The translations under genes were made by a program, and so were the position numbers. DNA of 62,017 bases, counting the filler. It is 4 parts of 4 records of this genome, joined end to end, with 100 filler letters (N's around TTAATTAATTAA, not from the genome) between each part and the next. Parts side by side here need not be neighbours in the genome. Positions count along the whole stretch, not along the records: positions 1 to 9,740 come from SRR31156797_9023; 3 more parts are not named here. One strand, written 5' to 3'. Positions within the stretch are counted from its first letter, which is position 1; each line of letters begins with the position of its first letter. The notes under the pieces are model-generated. The model made no database searches. It was not told the origin of the DNA and saw nothing but the letters and a program-made list of their open reading frames with translations. Below are positions 1 through 9,650 of this stretch, in pieces.

Positions 1-24
1 AGACGCACGGCCGTGCGTCTATAC
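1..24. repeat. Perfect 20-bp palindrome AGACGCACGGCCGTGCGTCT, REP-like, cut by the contig edge
   Basis: Bases 1-20 equal their own reverse complement. On the - strand it reads GTATAGACGCACGGCCGTGCGTCT, like GTAG-type REP elements. It lies just downstream of the M64 gene stop. Confidence 0.6.
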
Positions 25-46
25 TGGGTGTGCCCGGTTTTTTTCG

Positions 47-1474
47 CTATTCCGCATACTGATCAATCACTTGCTCAATAGCCTTTTTGCAGGCCGGGCA
101 AAATTCCTGCTTGTTTCGTGTAAACATGATACAATCGATAGCAGAACGGTATTGTCCGTATTGCGTGTAATTGGCTCCCTCAAAAGCACCAACCGTGTTT
201 TTATACTCCATTTTGTCGATCATTTCCAGCATCTCTTTGCGTTCCCGTTCAAACAGCGCCTCTACTTCAGCTTCAGGAACTTTTGCCGCGCGGAGTGCTT
301 GTCGTTCTTTTTGAATTTCCATACTGTGTGCATCAAATGCTTCTTTATCCCATGGCGTAGGTAATGGTGTTCCCGGTTCCACAAGGTCTTTCCACTTCAG
401 GTTTTCAGGATCGGATAATGCCGTTACGTTGGGTTCCCAGGGCTCAATGGTTGTCTCCGGAATTTCATAGGATACCGATGATGAATAATATTCATCAGCA
501 AGTGCAGCAAACGAGTGTCCGAATTCATGCACAAAAATATAGTCGGAAAACTTGTTGTCAACTGCCACCGTGGAATACAGGTTGAAGATTCCGCCGCCGC
601 CATAGGTTTTCTCATTGATCAGGATAAACATATAATCGTAGGGCACAGTTGATGCCACGTCGCGGATGGTGCGGTTGTCGTAAGCCAGGGCATATCTTTC
701 CGAATCGAACGCGCTGTACGACATGGAAAGTGGAGTTCTTTTGAAAACGCCGGGATGTGGTTTGTTTACCCCGCTCTCAGCAGCAGGTGTTTCAACCGCC
801 CAAACATTGAAATCCGATTTCCGGGATTTAAAAGGTTCAACATCAAAAAGTGCTGCCGTGAGCCGTTCGGTGTCTTTGCGGAACTTTTTCATTTCGGCTT
901 TGCTATAGCCATCACCAAGAATTACGACATCTACCTTTTCCGTTGGATCGCCATTTTCGATCAAAGCCCGGCTTTTGTGTGGACTTTGGTAATCAGCCGG
1001 ATTTACCTTTCGGGATTTGGGATCAATTTCTGTTTTCCAGATTTCCTGAAAATCATTTTTGGCGTCCCTTTTCAGAATGGCAAGGGTTACGGGATTATCA
1101 GGCCAGGGAAACCTGACAGATTCATGGAAAGTGCCCCACTGTTTTTTGGCCTCCGGTATGGTTTGCCACTCGCCGAAAATGCTTGCAAATCCGCGGCTGT
1201 AAATGGGTTCACCAGATTCGGCATCCTTTACTTCATAAAAATAGAGACCGCGGTTCAGGCCATCGAGCAATTGTGTTTTACTTCCTGCCCAGGGACCGTC
1301 ATTAATAACCCGATCCACAGAAAAGTGTTCTTCCTCAGCCGTGCCGGTATGGAAAAAATCCACCCGCATGGTGACATCCGTAAAATAATCCTCGAAATTG
1401 TTTTGGGTAGCTTGCTGTGAATAACCAATAGCTGCCAGCATACTTAGTAGACATGATAATAATAAACGCCACAT
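47..1474 (-). CDS. M64 family (IgA peptidase-like) zinc metallopeptidase, secreted
   Basis: Signal peptide, VILGDGY motif, YGGGG, HEFGHSFAALADEY zincin motif, and C-terminal GAFEGA...CIM...FCPAC. Confidence 0.9.
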   Translation of the reverse strand: MWRLLLSCLLSMLAAIGYSQQATQNNFEDYFTDVTMRVDFFHTGTAEEEHFSVDRVINDGPWAGSKTQLLDGLNRGLYFYEVKDAESGEPIYSRGFASIFGEWQTIPEAKKQWGTFHESVRFPWPDNPVTLAILKRDAKNDFQEIWKTEIDPKSRKVNPADYQSPHKSRALIENGDPTEKVDVVILGDGYSKAEMKKFRKDTERLTAALFDVEPFKSRKSDFNVWAVETPAAESGVNKPHPGVFKRTPLSMSYSAFDSERYALAYDNRTIRDVASTVPYDYMFILINEKTYGGGGIFNLYSTVAVDNKFSDYIFVHEFGHSFAALADEYYSSSVSYEIPETTIEPWEPNVTALSDPENLKWKDLVEPGTPLPTPWDKEAFDAHSMEIQKERQALRAAKVPEAEVEALFERERKEMLEMIDKMEYKNTVGAFEGANYTQYGQYRSAIDCIMFTRNKQEFCPACKKAIEQVIDQYAE

Positions 1475-1490
1475 AATGAAAATTTTATGT

Positions 1491-1811
1491 TTATGAAATA
1501 TTTAACTCCTGTTCGAGTCCTGCAATTTTAAAGGTTTTCTTAATAAAAGGATTAGTTCCTGTTATAGAAAAATTGGCCTTATGTACTTTTTTAGTAATCA
1601 AAATGCACAACCGGATAAATGCCGAAGTTACAAATTCAACTTCCTTAAAGTCGAAAACCACTTTGAATGTTTCAGCATGTTCTTTTTGAAGTTTTTCATC
1701 CACTTCATATTCGAGCTCCTTTGTTATTTTCATGGACAACTCCGTGTCGAGTTTGCCGGTGAATTTGCAATTTAGGATGTTTTGATGATGGTTAAAAATA
1801 TATTCTGCCAT
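1491..1811 (-). CDS. STAS-domain anti-sigma-factor antagonist (SpoIIAA/RsbV-like)
   Basis: 106 aa with G-x-LDT, VVFDFKEVEFVTSAFIR (conserved Ser) and FKIAGL C-terminus. Confidence 0.85.
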   Translation of the reverse strand: MAEYIFNHHQNILNCKFTGKLDTELSMKITKELEYEVDEKLQKEHAETFKVVFDFKEVEFVTSAFIRLCILITKKVHKANFSITGTNPFIKKTFKIAGLEQELNIS

Positions 1812-1822
1812 GGTTTGTATGA

Positions 1823-3253
1823 TTAAAAGTTTTTGAAATATTCTTTTTGGAATTTTTCGTAGCCGTATGATTCATTGAGGAAATTCTCCTGGTTAAATGC
1901 AAACCATTTCTCGTTTTTCCTTGGCCTGCATACCCGCTGAATATTGATCAGGTTGTGGGCTGTAACATTTTCGGTGGTGATGTTTTTGCCACCGCTTCCA
2001 CAACCCAGCGTAAACGAAGGGTGAAGGTCGTTGTACATTCCACCGACAGCACCATGAACAGATGGGGTATTCACCATGAGCCGGCCTGCATTCATCACCA
2101 TAGAAAAATCATTGATGCGTTTTTCATCATTTGCATAAATACAGGCGGTATGTCCGATACCTCCTAGGTAATTCAGGTCGATGCAAAGTTTTATGGCCTC
2201 ATCGTAATCTTCACATTCATAATATGCCAGTATAGGTGCCAGAATTTCCTGTGACAAGGGATATTCCTTGCCCAATTTTGTTTGTGGTGCAATCATAATT
2301 TTGGTTTCTTCGGGAACTGAAATCCCTGCAAGACCGGCAATAAACTGAACAGGTTTCCCAACTACATCACCACTCATGATGCCTTTTTCGTAGTTAAAAA
2401 CAACTTTTTCAAGTTTTGCAATCTGGTCGTCATTCAAAAAATAACAGTGCTTGTTCTCAAATTCAGCACGAAGAGCATGTGCGAGTGACTTTTCGCAAAC
2501 AATGGCCTGTTCGCTGGCGCAAATGGTTCCGTTATCAAACGTTTTTGAATTGATGATGCTATCCACAGCATATGCAATGTCAGCGCTTCTGTCAACAAAT
2601 ACCGGCACGTTTCCGGGACCAACGCCAAGCGCAGGATTCCCTGAACTATAGGCAGCATGAACCAGTCCTGTTCCACCGGTTGCAAGGATCAAAGCTGTTT
2701 TAGGATGGATCATAAATTCATGGGTGAGATCGCGGTTTGTCTCAGGCAAAATCTGGATACAGTCTTCTGGTGCGCCTGCGGCCAGGGCAGCTTCGTAGCA
2801 GATTTTTACAGTTTCAGCACAGGCCTTGGGTGCTTTCCTTGGCGGGCTGATGATAATCGGATTCCGTGATTTTAAGGAAATAATGATTTTAAACATCACA
2901 GTTGAGGTGGGGTTGGTTACCGGAATGATGCTAAATACAGGCCCTATCGGCTGGGCAATCTCCACCATTCCCGTTTCGTAATCTTCTGAAATGATCCCTG
3001 CGGTCCGCTCATGCTTGATGCTTTCATAAACCAGATGGGTGCCAACAACATTTTTAATCACTTTGTGCTGCCAGATACCAAGATCGGTTTCTTCGGCAGC
3101 CATTTTAGCCAGCTTCACACGGTTTTCAAAACCGGCTTTATAAACACGCTTTACAATTTTGTCTGTCTGTTCCTGATCAAATTGGTTAAACACCGCACCT
3201 GCAATAACGGCATTCCCAATAATTTCATCAGCAATTTCTTTGTACGATTTCAT
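1823..3253 (-). CDS. CoA-acylating aldehyde dehydrogenase (stand-alone AdhE N-terminal/EutE-like)
   Basis: PVTNPTST, LATGG, GVGPGN, SKTFDNGTICASEQ (catalytic Cys), EILAPIL, GHT and SFTLGCGS motifs. There is no Fe-ADH domain. Confidence 0.9.
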   Translation of the reverse strand: MKSYKEIADEIIGNAVIAGAVFNQFDQEQTDKIVKRVYKAGFENRVKLAKMAAEETDLGIWQHKVIKNVVGTHLVYESIKHERTAGIISEDYETGMVEIAQPIGPVFSIIPVTNPTSTVMFKIIISLKSRNPIIISPPRKAPKACAETVKICYEAALAAGAPEDCIQILPETNRDLTHEFMIHPKTALILATGGTGLVHAAYSSGNPALGVGPGNVPVFVDRSADIAYAVDSIINSKTFDNGTICASEQAIVCEKSLAHALRAEFENKHCYFLNDDQIAKLEKVVFNYEKGIMSGDVVGKPVQFIAGLAGISVPEETKIMIAPQTKLGKEYPLSQEILAPILAYYECEDYDEAIKLCIDLNYLGGIGHTACIYANDEKRINDFSMVMNAGRLMVNTPSVHGAVGGMYNDLHPSFTLGCGSGGKNITTENVTAHNLINIQRVCRPRKNEKWFAFNQENFLNESYGYEKFQKEYFKNF

Positions 3254-3392
3254 AGCTCACTGGGTTAGGTTAATATCTATTTAAAATATTCTGGGTTCAG
3301 GAGGAATCGCTCACAGTACAACTTTATCTGTTTTCATTATTCAATGTGCTGGCTTGTGGGGTGATCATGCAACCTCTTTCACTGAAAAACAT

Positions 3393-4100
3393 TTATGGAA
3401 TTACCACATCTTTTTCCGCGATCAGTGGTTTTCCAAGATACCGCAGGAGAAGCTGTGCCACGGCAAGGGTGTCTTTCTGGCAATATTCCACAATCCGCTC
3501 CAGGTTTTTCTCCTTCCAGTACACTTCGCCAACCATGCTGCCATCAATGTCGTCCTTAGGGCTGGGGATATTAAAAATGGTGGTGAGCAATTGGAGTGAC
3601 GTGAAATTCTTATAATCACCAAACCGCCAGAGTTCCATGGTGTCGAGGTGCTGTACTTCCCAGGGCTTTTTGCCGTGCAGATTCAGGATTTTCGGTAGGT
3701 GGATTCCGTTTACAAGCATGCGGCGTGCAATGTACGGAAAGTCGAATTCTTTCCCGTTGTGGCCACATAGCAGATGCGATGGCCGGTTGTAATAGCGGTT
3801 GAGCATATCGGCGAACTCTTCAAGCAAGATTTTTTCATCATCACCATAAAAGGATTTTACCCGAAAAGTATCTTCGTGAATAATACCGGTAGAGATGCAA
3901 ATAATCTTTCCGAATTCAGCATAAATACCTGCACGTGTAAACAGGGATTCCGGTGTGTCTTCATCCGTTTTGGCCAGGTATCCGGCTTTTTTATCCCACA
4001 ATGCCTTCAGGTTTTCAGGCATTTCATCATATTCGGGGAACTGCGGAACGGTTTCAATGTCAAGAAACAAAATGTCTTCGAGGCGTAATTTTTCTATCAT
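3393..4100 (-). CDS. DEDD 3'-5' exonuclease related to the PolB exonuclease domain
   Basis: LFLDIETVP (ExoI), GHNGKEFDFPYI (ExoII) and YCQKD (ExoIII). Start moved to the ATG at 4100 (MIEKL) so it does not overlap the divergent gene. Confidence 0.9.
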   Translation of the reverse strand: MIEKLRLEDILFLDIETVPQFPEYDEMPENLKALWDKKAGYLAKTDEDTPESLFTRAGIYAEFGKIICISTGIIHEDTFRVKSFYGDDEKILLEEFADMLNRYYNRPSHLLCGHNGKEFDFPYIARRMLVNGIHLPKILNLHGKKPWEVQHLDTMELWRFGDYKNFTSLQLLTTIFNIPSPKDDIDGSMVGEVYWKEKNLERIVEYCQKDTLAVAQLLLRYLGKPLIAEKDVVIP

Positions 4101-4163
4101 AGCATTACATGTTATCTTTACGCAATAAATGTAGAAATAATTTTTAATCTCCTTTATAAGTCG

Positions 4164-5471
4164 TTGAAAAACTTTATTATCCATATTACCGCTACATTGA
4201 TTTTTGTTTCTTTTATATCCTGCAATAAAGATGAAGAACAAGCTGAATTCATCGAAATATCTATTGTTTCGCCCAATGAAATGGATGAGTATTATGTGCT
4301 GGATACCATTGATGTCGTCCTGAATGTTGCCGATACCGGAAAAACTGTTGATGTGCTCATTGAGCTGACCGACAATTCTGGCACCCCGCTTATCTCTTCC
4401 AGTATTTATGAAAATGTGGTTACGGCCAGTGAAATGTCATTTCCTTTTATTCTTGCCGACTCTACAATGGAAGGTGGATTATACCCATTGTATGTTTGGT
4501 TTTTTCATGATGACATTCAGTCTTTGGCAAGTACACAAATTGGTGTAAATGGCATACCAAAAGAACTTTTAAGCTTTTGGGTGGTAACCAAAGTAAGTGA
4601 TACGGAAACAAAGGTTACCATTTACAATACCGAATTTGAGGACATCGGCACCATCCCATTTGAAGGCGACTATGCCGGCTCGGATATCAATTCGGCCAAA
4701 CAACAATTTGTGATTGCCGGTTCGCACTATGGTGATTTATCCGCATTCAATACTGAAACCGGTGCGTTGGAATGGAGTGTGCCAATTATATCCAATCCTG
4801 TACAACCCTATTTTACAAGCGTGAAATTCAATCAGGATTTGTGCTATGTTTCGTTTTGGGATGGGCAAACGATAGGGTATAACCAATATGGAAATGAAAG
4901 TTTTCAAACTGACGGCCTTGAATCTGTTGTTCCCACGGTACTGCATATCAACGGAAATTATTTAAACTGCTCAGGGTTTCAAAGAAGTAACATTTCTCAA
5001 AACTGGTGGGTTTCGAGCTATTCAAAAGGAGGAGAGGTTAGGTATTCCCACGCCATTGATTTTGAACCTGTGGGCTCATTAAGTTTGGATGAATCCACAA
5101 CACTGATTTTTAGCAATAACAGCAGTGGAATACTTGACACAAAAAAGTTTGATGCCGTTTCCAATCTTTTTTCTGATCCCTACGAACCTTTTATTTTGCC
5201 GGAGGAGAAGCTCAATTTCTGCTGTGAAATAAGTAACCATCATGCGGTTTTGGCCACTGAAAATGCAATTTACAGGTATGTTTATCAGGATATGATTTAT
5301 CAGATCAGAAGCCTCCCGGAGGTCCGGGTTATGAAATATGATGAAGTATATCAACTTATTTGGGCGGCATCAGGAAATACACTTTATGCGACTTCCATAA
5401 ACGGCGGTATCAGTGGTGGTTTTTCTGCTGAGAATGAGATTCTGAATTTCCACCTTTTATACAATCAATGA
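4164..5471 (+). CDS. Lipoprotein of unknown function (Ig-like N-domain plus probable beta-propeller)
   Basis: TTG start, lipobox FISC, and PQQ-like LSAFNTETGALEW. Overlaps the mnmD start by 4 nt. Confidence 0.65.
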   Translation: MKNFIIHITATLIFVSFISCNKDEEQAEFIEISIVSPNEMDEYYVLDTIDVVLNVADTGKTVDVLIELTDNSGTPLISSSIYENVVTASEMSFPFILADSTMEGGLYPLYVWFFHDDIQSLASTQIGVNGIPKELLSFWVVTKVSDTETKVTIYNTEFEDIGTIPFEGDYAGSDINSAKQQFVIAGSHYGDLSAFNTETGALEWSVPIISNPVQPYFTSVKFNQDLCYVSFWDGQTIGYNQYGNESFQTDGLESVVPTVLHINGNYLNCSGFQRSNISQNWWVSSYSKGGEVRYSHAIDFEPVGSLSLDESTTLIFSNNSSGILDTKKFDAVSNLFSDPYEPFILPEEKLNFCCEISNHHAVLATENAIYRYVYQDMIYQIRSLPEVRVMKYDEVYQLIWAASGNTLYATSINGGISGGFSAENEILNFHLLYNQ

Positions 5472-6127
5472 TCGAAATTAAAAAAACCGAAGACGGCTCT
5501 CACACCCTGTATGTTCCTGAGCTGAATGAGCATTACCATTCAGCCTTTGGGGCAATCCGGGAATCGATGCAGGTTTTTATCAGCGCCGGTTTGAACTACT
5601 TTGAGAGTGAGAATGAACTCAACATTCTGGAAGTTGGTTTGGGAACCGGGCTTAATGCCTTGCTTACGGCGATGGAAAAGCAGGATCAAAAAATTAGATA
5701 TCATGCCATAGAAGCATTCCCATTGGACAATGAAGTCATCCAAAAACTTAATTATCCTCAGTTACTTTCCAGGGGTGGTTCAGATCTGATTTTCGATAAA
5801 ATCCACAAAGCTGAATGGGAAAAAGCATCAGCAATCACAGAAGGATTTACCCTGACTAAAATTCATGCCGAAATCCAGGAAGCCGTCCTGCCTGAAAACA
5901 ACTTTCACCTGGTATATTTTGATGCCTTTGCCCCGGATGTTCAACCGGAATTATGGACAAAAGAAATTTTCGGGAAAATCCACGCGGCCATGAAACCCGG
6001 TGGCGTTTTGGTAACGTATTCATCAAAAGGCCTTGTGAAAGAAAACCTGAGGGCGATCGGGTTTACTGTTAAACGGCTCCCCGGGCCACCGGGTAAGAAA
6101 CACATGGTTAGGGCGGAGAAAAGGTGA
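5468..6127 (+). CDS. mnmD: tRNA (mnm5s2U34) methyltransferase MnmD-like
   Basis: TEDGSHTL, EHYHS, LEVGLGTGLN SAM motif, YFDAFAP..QPELW and GPPGK. Confidence 0.9.
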   Translation: MIEIKKTEDGSHTLYVPELNEHYHSAFGAIRESMQVFISAGLNYFESENELNILEVGLGTGLNALLTAMEKQDQKIRYHAIEAFPLDNEVIQKLNYPQLLSRGGSDLIFDKIHKAEWEKASAITEGFTLTKIHAEIQEAVLPENNFHLVYFDAFAPDVQPELWTKEIFGKIHAAMKPGGVLVTYSSKGLVKENLRAIGFTVKRLPGPPGKKHMVRAEKR

Positions 6128-6128
6128 T

Positions 6129-6300
6129 GGGGTTATACGTTATTGGTTATTTGCGTAACCACAACTCCGGAATTTCGTGCGCAATAATTTCTTTCATTAA
6201 CGAGTAGAACATTACCGGGTTATTATTGAGAAACAAAATCAAGTAATAACCCATAACCTTAGTAACCCAATAACTTAGTAACTTTTTAACCCAGTAACCA
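6129..6300. repeat. Degenerate 7-8-nt GTTA/TAAC short tandem repeats in inverted arrangement
   Basis: GGTTATAC GTTATTG GTTATTTG at 6131-6153, and CCAATAAC TTAGTAAC TTTTTAAC CCAGTAAC near 6267-6298. Confidence 0.55.
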
Positions 6301-6303
6301 AAA

Positions 6304-6333
6304 AACGGAGACTTGCTTTTGCAAATCCCCGTA
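6304..6333. terminator. Imperfect hairpin between convergent mnmD and AOR, possible terminator
   Basis: ACGGAGACTTGC-TTTT-GCAAATCCCCGT, preceded by an A-run (T-run on the - strand). Confidence 0.45.
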
Positions 6334-6446
6334 AACTGTCAGACAATTTTTCCGGTAAGTCTTTTTGAAAATTAAATCAATCCTACAATTAAAAAAACTT
6401 TGAATTAAACGATAATAGTCTGACTGTTATGATTATTTCATTTTGA

Positions 6447-8606
6447 CTATTCCTGATGATCTTTTACAACTTCGATCAGCTCGGGTAAATCCATGCCCAG
6501 ATCTTTGAGTTGCTCAATCTTTGGAACACCATTTTTAGTCCAACCACGACGCTTATAAACGGCGTCGATCAGCTGTTCGTACTGGCTTTCGCGATAGGTA
6601 CGCAATACAGCCATTTTTTCTTCGGTTGTTTTGCCTTCCGGATCAAAACCCACGATTTCTTTCAGCTGCTTGTCGTAACGCTCCTGGCGTGATTCAAACT
6701 CCTCTGCAGTTACGGGGCCTGCCGCACGGTAAGGCTGTGCATCAAATTTGCGGGTTCCGTATCCGCGGCGCAGGTTAAAAATACGCTGGAAGTTATACAC
6801 GCGCTCCGACTGGCGGATCATTTCGTGCTTGTCGAAATCTTTGCCTGTTACAGCTTTAAAAATGGTAACGTAATTATCCACATGCTCAGGAACTTTTGCC
6901 GGTTCATCTGTTTCGGCGTTGTTTTCAGGCTCCACATCGTTCCACGGAAGCTTGCAAAGTCCAACCAGCCCAAACCATGTGCGGAACATGGGGAAATAGT
7001 GTAGTGCCTCGGCTTTATCTTCAAAAGTTGGGATTTGGTTATTTACCATATCCATAAAAATCAGCCATGCTTCATCGTGCTGCGGGCCTTTGTTGGTCAT
7101 AGCAAAACCGCCCTGCTGTGCAAGTGACTCCTTGGATACATATTCTGAATATTCAAGGCCTTTCACCTCCATGCCGATATCATTGAGAAATTTGGCATCG
7201 CCCCATCCTTTATCAACAAACATCTCTTTCATCTTACGAACACCCTGTCCGGCTACCAATCCAAAACCTTCACCGCGTGCAAGTTGGTGCATCAGTTCCA
7301 TGGCTGCTTCTGCATTGCCAAAGTTGAGTTCCAGCCCTCCTGTTCTTTCTTTGTTCAGGATTCCGGTTTCGTAGCACTCCATGATGAAAGCCACAAGCGT
7401 ACCCCAGGTAATGGTGCAAATCCCGTAAGTGTCGCAGTAGAAGTTGGACTCGATGATATAGTCGGCATCGAAGATTCCACAGTTGGATCCGAGGCCCCCC
7501 GCGTTTTCGTATTCCGGCCCGTCAACGATAACTTGCTGGCCTTTGTATGGCCCGGTTTTCAGCTCAAACTCATCCACCCCTTTGGCGCAGGCCATGTTAC
7601 AGCCAATCCAGCACCCATCAGGAACACCCTGAGTGAATCGGGTTTTCCAAACCTCAGAGTGAATACGATCAGCATCAGGATGTGAGCCAAATTTATAGTT
7701 ATTCACTGGCAACAAATCGTAGTCATTCATAATGTTTACGAGGTGCGCAGTTCCTTTTGTACGCATTTCGGCCTGTGAATCATCAAGCTCACGCATTTCT
7801 TTATTGAAACGTTTTCCACGTTCCATGATGGCTTTCAGGTCAACCACATTGTTCAGGTTACCCTTTACGCCAGGAATTTTACAAACGATGGCTTTGATTT
7901 TTTTGTCGCGGAAAACTGTTCCGATACCGCCACGGCCGGCCTGCTTCAGGCGAACGAGCTTACGTTTGGGATCATAAAAAGTAAAATTCAGCATCCCGAT
8001 CAACGAATTATCTGCTGCTGCTCCCGAAGAAACAATACCAATGTTTTTCTTATCCCGCTCGTCGTCGGCATACATATCTGTCAACACTTCGCCCAATACA
8101 TGGCTGTCCTGAACATCGATGTAAGGAGCTTCCATGATTTCAACCTTGTGGTTGATACCATCGATAAAAATGATCACATCCTTTTCGGCTTTACCCTGAA
8201 TTTCGATGGCATCAAAACCAGAGAATTTCAGGAACGGGCCAAAGAAACCACCCACATTGCTGTCGATTGGAATGTCGGTTTGCGGAGAGATGGAAACACA
8301 AATGGACTTACCGGTTCCGGAATATTGGGTAATTCCACCGATAGGCCCTGAGGCGATGTTGATCTCGTTTTCAGGATCGGTCCATTTGGTGTCGGGTTTT
8401 GTGGCATCCCATAAGAGTTTCAGTCCATAACCACGGCCACCTATGAATTTTTCTTTCATCAATGGGTCAACATCCTTTTCCTCGATGCGGTTATCAGAAA
8501 CATTTACATAAAGAATTTTGTCTGTGTAGCCCTTGTCAAGCGGCGTAAAGTTGTACGACCACTCGTTGAGTCTTTTGTGCATTTTTTTGAGTTCTGCAAC
8601 TTCCAT
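6447..8606 (-). CDS. Aldehyde:ferredoxin oxidoreductase family (tungsten AOR/WOR)
   Basis: FIGGRGYG, DSNVGGFFG, AGRGGIGTV, CWIGCNMAC Fe-S motif, GPEYE, D..GLCKLPW region and C-terminal YKRRGW..NGVP. Confidence 0.9.
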   Translation of the reverse strand: MEVAELKKMHKRLNEWSYNFTPLDKGYTDKILYVNVSDNRIEEKDVDPLMKEKFIGGRGYGLKLLWDATKPDTKWTDPENEINIASGPIGGITQYSGTGKSICVSISPQTDIPIDSNVGGFFGPFLKFSGFDAIEIQGKAEKDVIIFIDGINHKVEIMEAPYIDVQDSHVLGEVLTDMYADDERDKKNIGIVSSGAAADNSLIGMLNFTFYDPKRKLVRLKQAGRGGIGTVFRDKKIKAIVCKIPGVKGNLNNVVDLKAIMERGKRFNKEMRELDDSQAEMRTKGTAHLVNIMNDYDLLPVNNYKFGSHPDADRIHSEVWKTRFTQGVPDGCWIGCNMACAKGVDEFELKTGPYKGQQVIVDGPEYENAGGLGSNCGIFDADYIIESNFYCDTYGICTITWGTLVAFIMECYETGILNKERTGGLELNFGNAEAAMELMHQLARGEGFGLVAGQGVRKMKEMFVDKGWGDAKFLNDIGMEVKGLEYSEYVSKESLAQQGGFAMTNKGPQHDEAWLIFMDMVNNQIPTFEDKAEALHYFPMFRTWFGLVGLCKLPWNDVEPENNAETDEPAKVPEHVDNYVTIFKAVTGKDFDKHEMIRQSERVYNFQRIFNLRRGYGTRKFDAQPYRAAGPVTAEEFESRQERYDKQLKEIVGFDPEGKTTEEKMAVLRTYRESQYEQLIDAVYKRRGWTKNGVPKIEQLKDLGMDLPELIEVVKDHQE

Positions 8607-8652
8607 AATTATTTATTTTGTGTGATTTATCGCTTGTCTGTTCGTGATTTCA

Positions 8653-8819
8653 CAAAAATAATTTTTTTGGATTCCAAGTAATACTTTGAAAATCAGGACA
8701 GCCAACATGCATGGTGGTGCATAACGTTTGAAGGCCTTACAGTTGGGCACTTTCGGTATTATTTAAAATGGGTAAAGATTATGCTGTAAGGATTTGAAAC
8801 CGGAAAAAGCATACATTTG
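8653..8819. promoter_or_regulatory. Divergent Bacteroidota-type -7 promoter boxes (TAnnTTTG) for AOR and thiF
   Basis: TATTTTTG on the - strand at 8653-8660 and TACATTTG on the + strand at 8812-8819. Confidence 0.45.
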
Positions 8820-8842
8820 AAACAAATTTCATACTTCGATAA

Positions 8843-9442
8843 ATGAATATTACCCAAATACAAAAAGTGCTCAAAAATAAAACAATTGGCATTGCTGGCT
8901 GTGGTGGCCTGGGATCGAATTGTGCGGTGGCCCTTGCAAGGCTGGGGATCGGGAAAATAATCCTTGCAGACTTCGATACGGTAGATACATCAAATCTTAC
9001 CCGTCAGTATTATTTCTATGAGCAGGTTGGCCAAAAAAAGGTGTTTGCACTTTCGGATAACCTCAACTACATCAACCCGTTTGTTGAAGTAAAACCTTAC
9101 GACCTGAAACTTGGCCCCAAGGAAATCAAAAATATTTTTGCAGATTGTGATTTGATCATAGAGGCGTTCGATTTGGCAGAAATGAAACAAATGATCATAG
9201 AGGCCTGTGGGGAATTTTTTCCGGAAAAACCTTTAATTGTAGGAAGTGGTATGGCCGGATGGGGGAAAAGCAACAGCGTAAAAACCGAAAAAATGGGTGA
9301 AAACCTCTATGTTTGCGGCGATGGCCTGAGTGAGATTGCAGATGACCTGCCCCCGCTGGCACCTCGTGTGGGCATTGTGGCTTACATGCAGGCTAATACC
9401 GCATTGAGCATTTTGTTGAACGACGAAAAAAATATCGCATAA
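8843..9442 (+). CDS. thiF: Sulfur-carrier adenylyltransferase ThiF/MoeB family
   Basis: IGIAGCGGLGSN, DFD.VD.SNLTRQ, EAFD..EMK and APRVGIVA..QAN. Confidence 0.85.
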   Translation: MNITQIQKVLKNKTIGIAGCGGLGSNCAVALARLGIGKIILADFDTVDTSNLTRQYYFYEQVGQKKVFALSDNLNYINPFVEVKPYDLKLGPKEIKNIFADCDLIIEAFDLAEMKQMIIEACGEFFPEKPLIVGSGMAGWGKSNSVKTEKMGENLYVCGDGLSEIADDLPPLAPRVGIVAYMQANTALSILLNDEKNIA

Positions 9443-9645
9443 TGAATATCACCTTAAATAACCGCCCGGAATCTTTCGAGGATAACTCTTTGACTTTCGA
9501 GGAGTTGATCAGGAAAAAGAATTATACCTTCAAAATGCTGGTAACCAAACTCAACGGCAAACTGGTTAAAAAAGATCAACGCAGTAAGATTACGATCAAA
9601 GACGGTGATGACGTGACTGTTTTGCATTTGGTGAGTGGAGGATGA
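9442..9645 (+). CDS. thiS: Ubiquitin-fold sulfur carrier (ThiS/MoaD family)
   Basis: 67 aa with a C-terminal di-glycine (HLVSGG). Translationally coupled to thiF (TAATG). Confidence 0.85.
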   Translation: MNITLNNRPESFEDNSLTFEELIRKKNYTFKMLVTKLNGKLVKKDQRSKITIKDGDDVTVLHLVSGG

Positions 9646-9650
9646 TGGGT

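Noticed and set aside
8607-8842. TPP riboswitch upstream of thiF/thiS
   Set aside because: No CUGAGA or other TPP aptamer core is visible.
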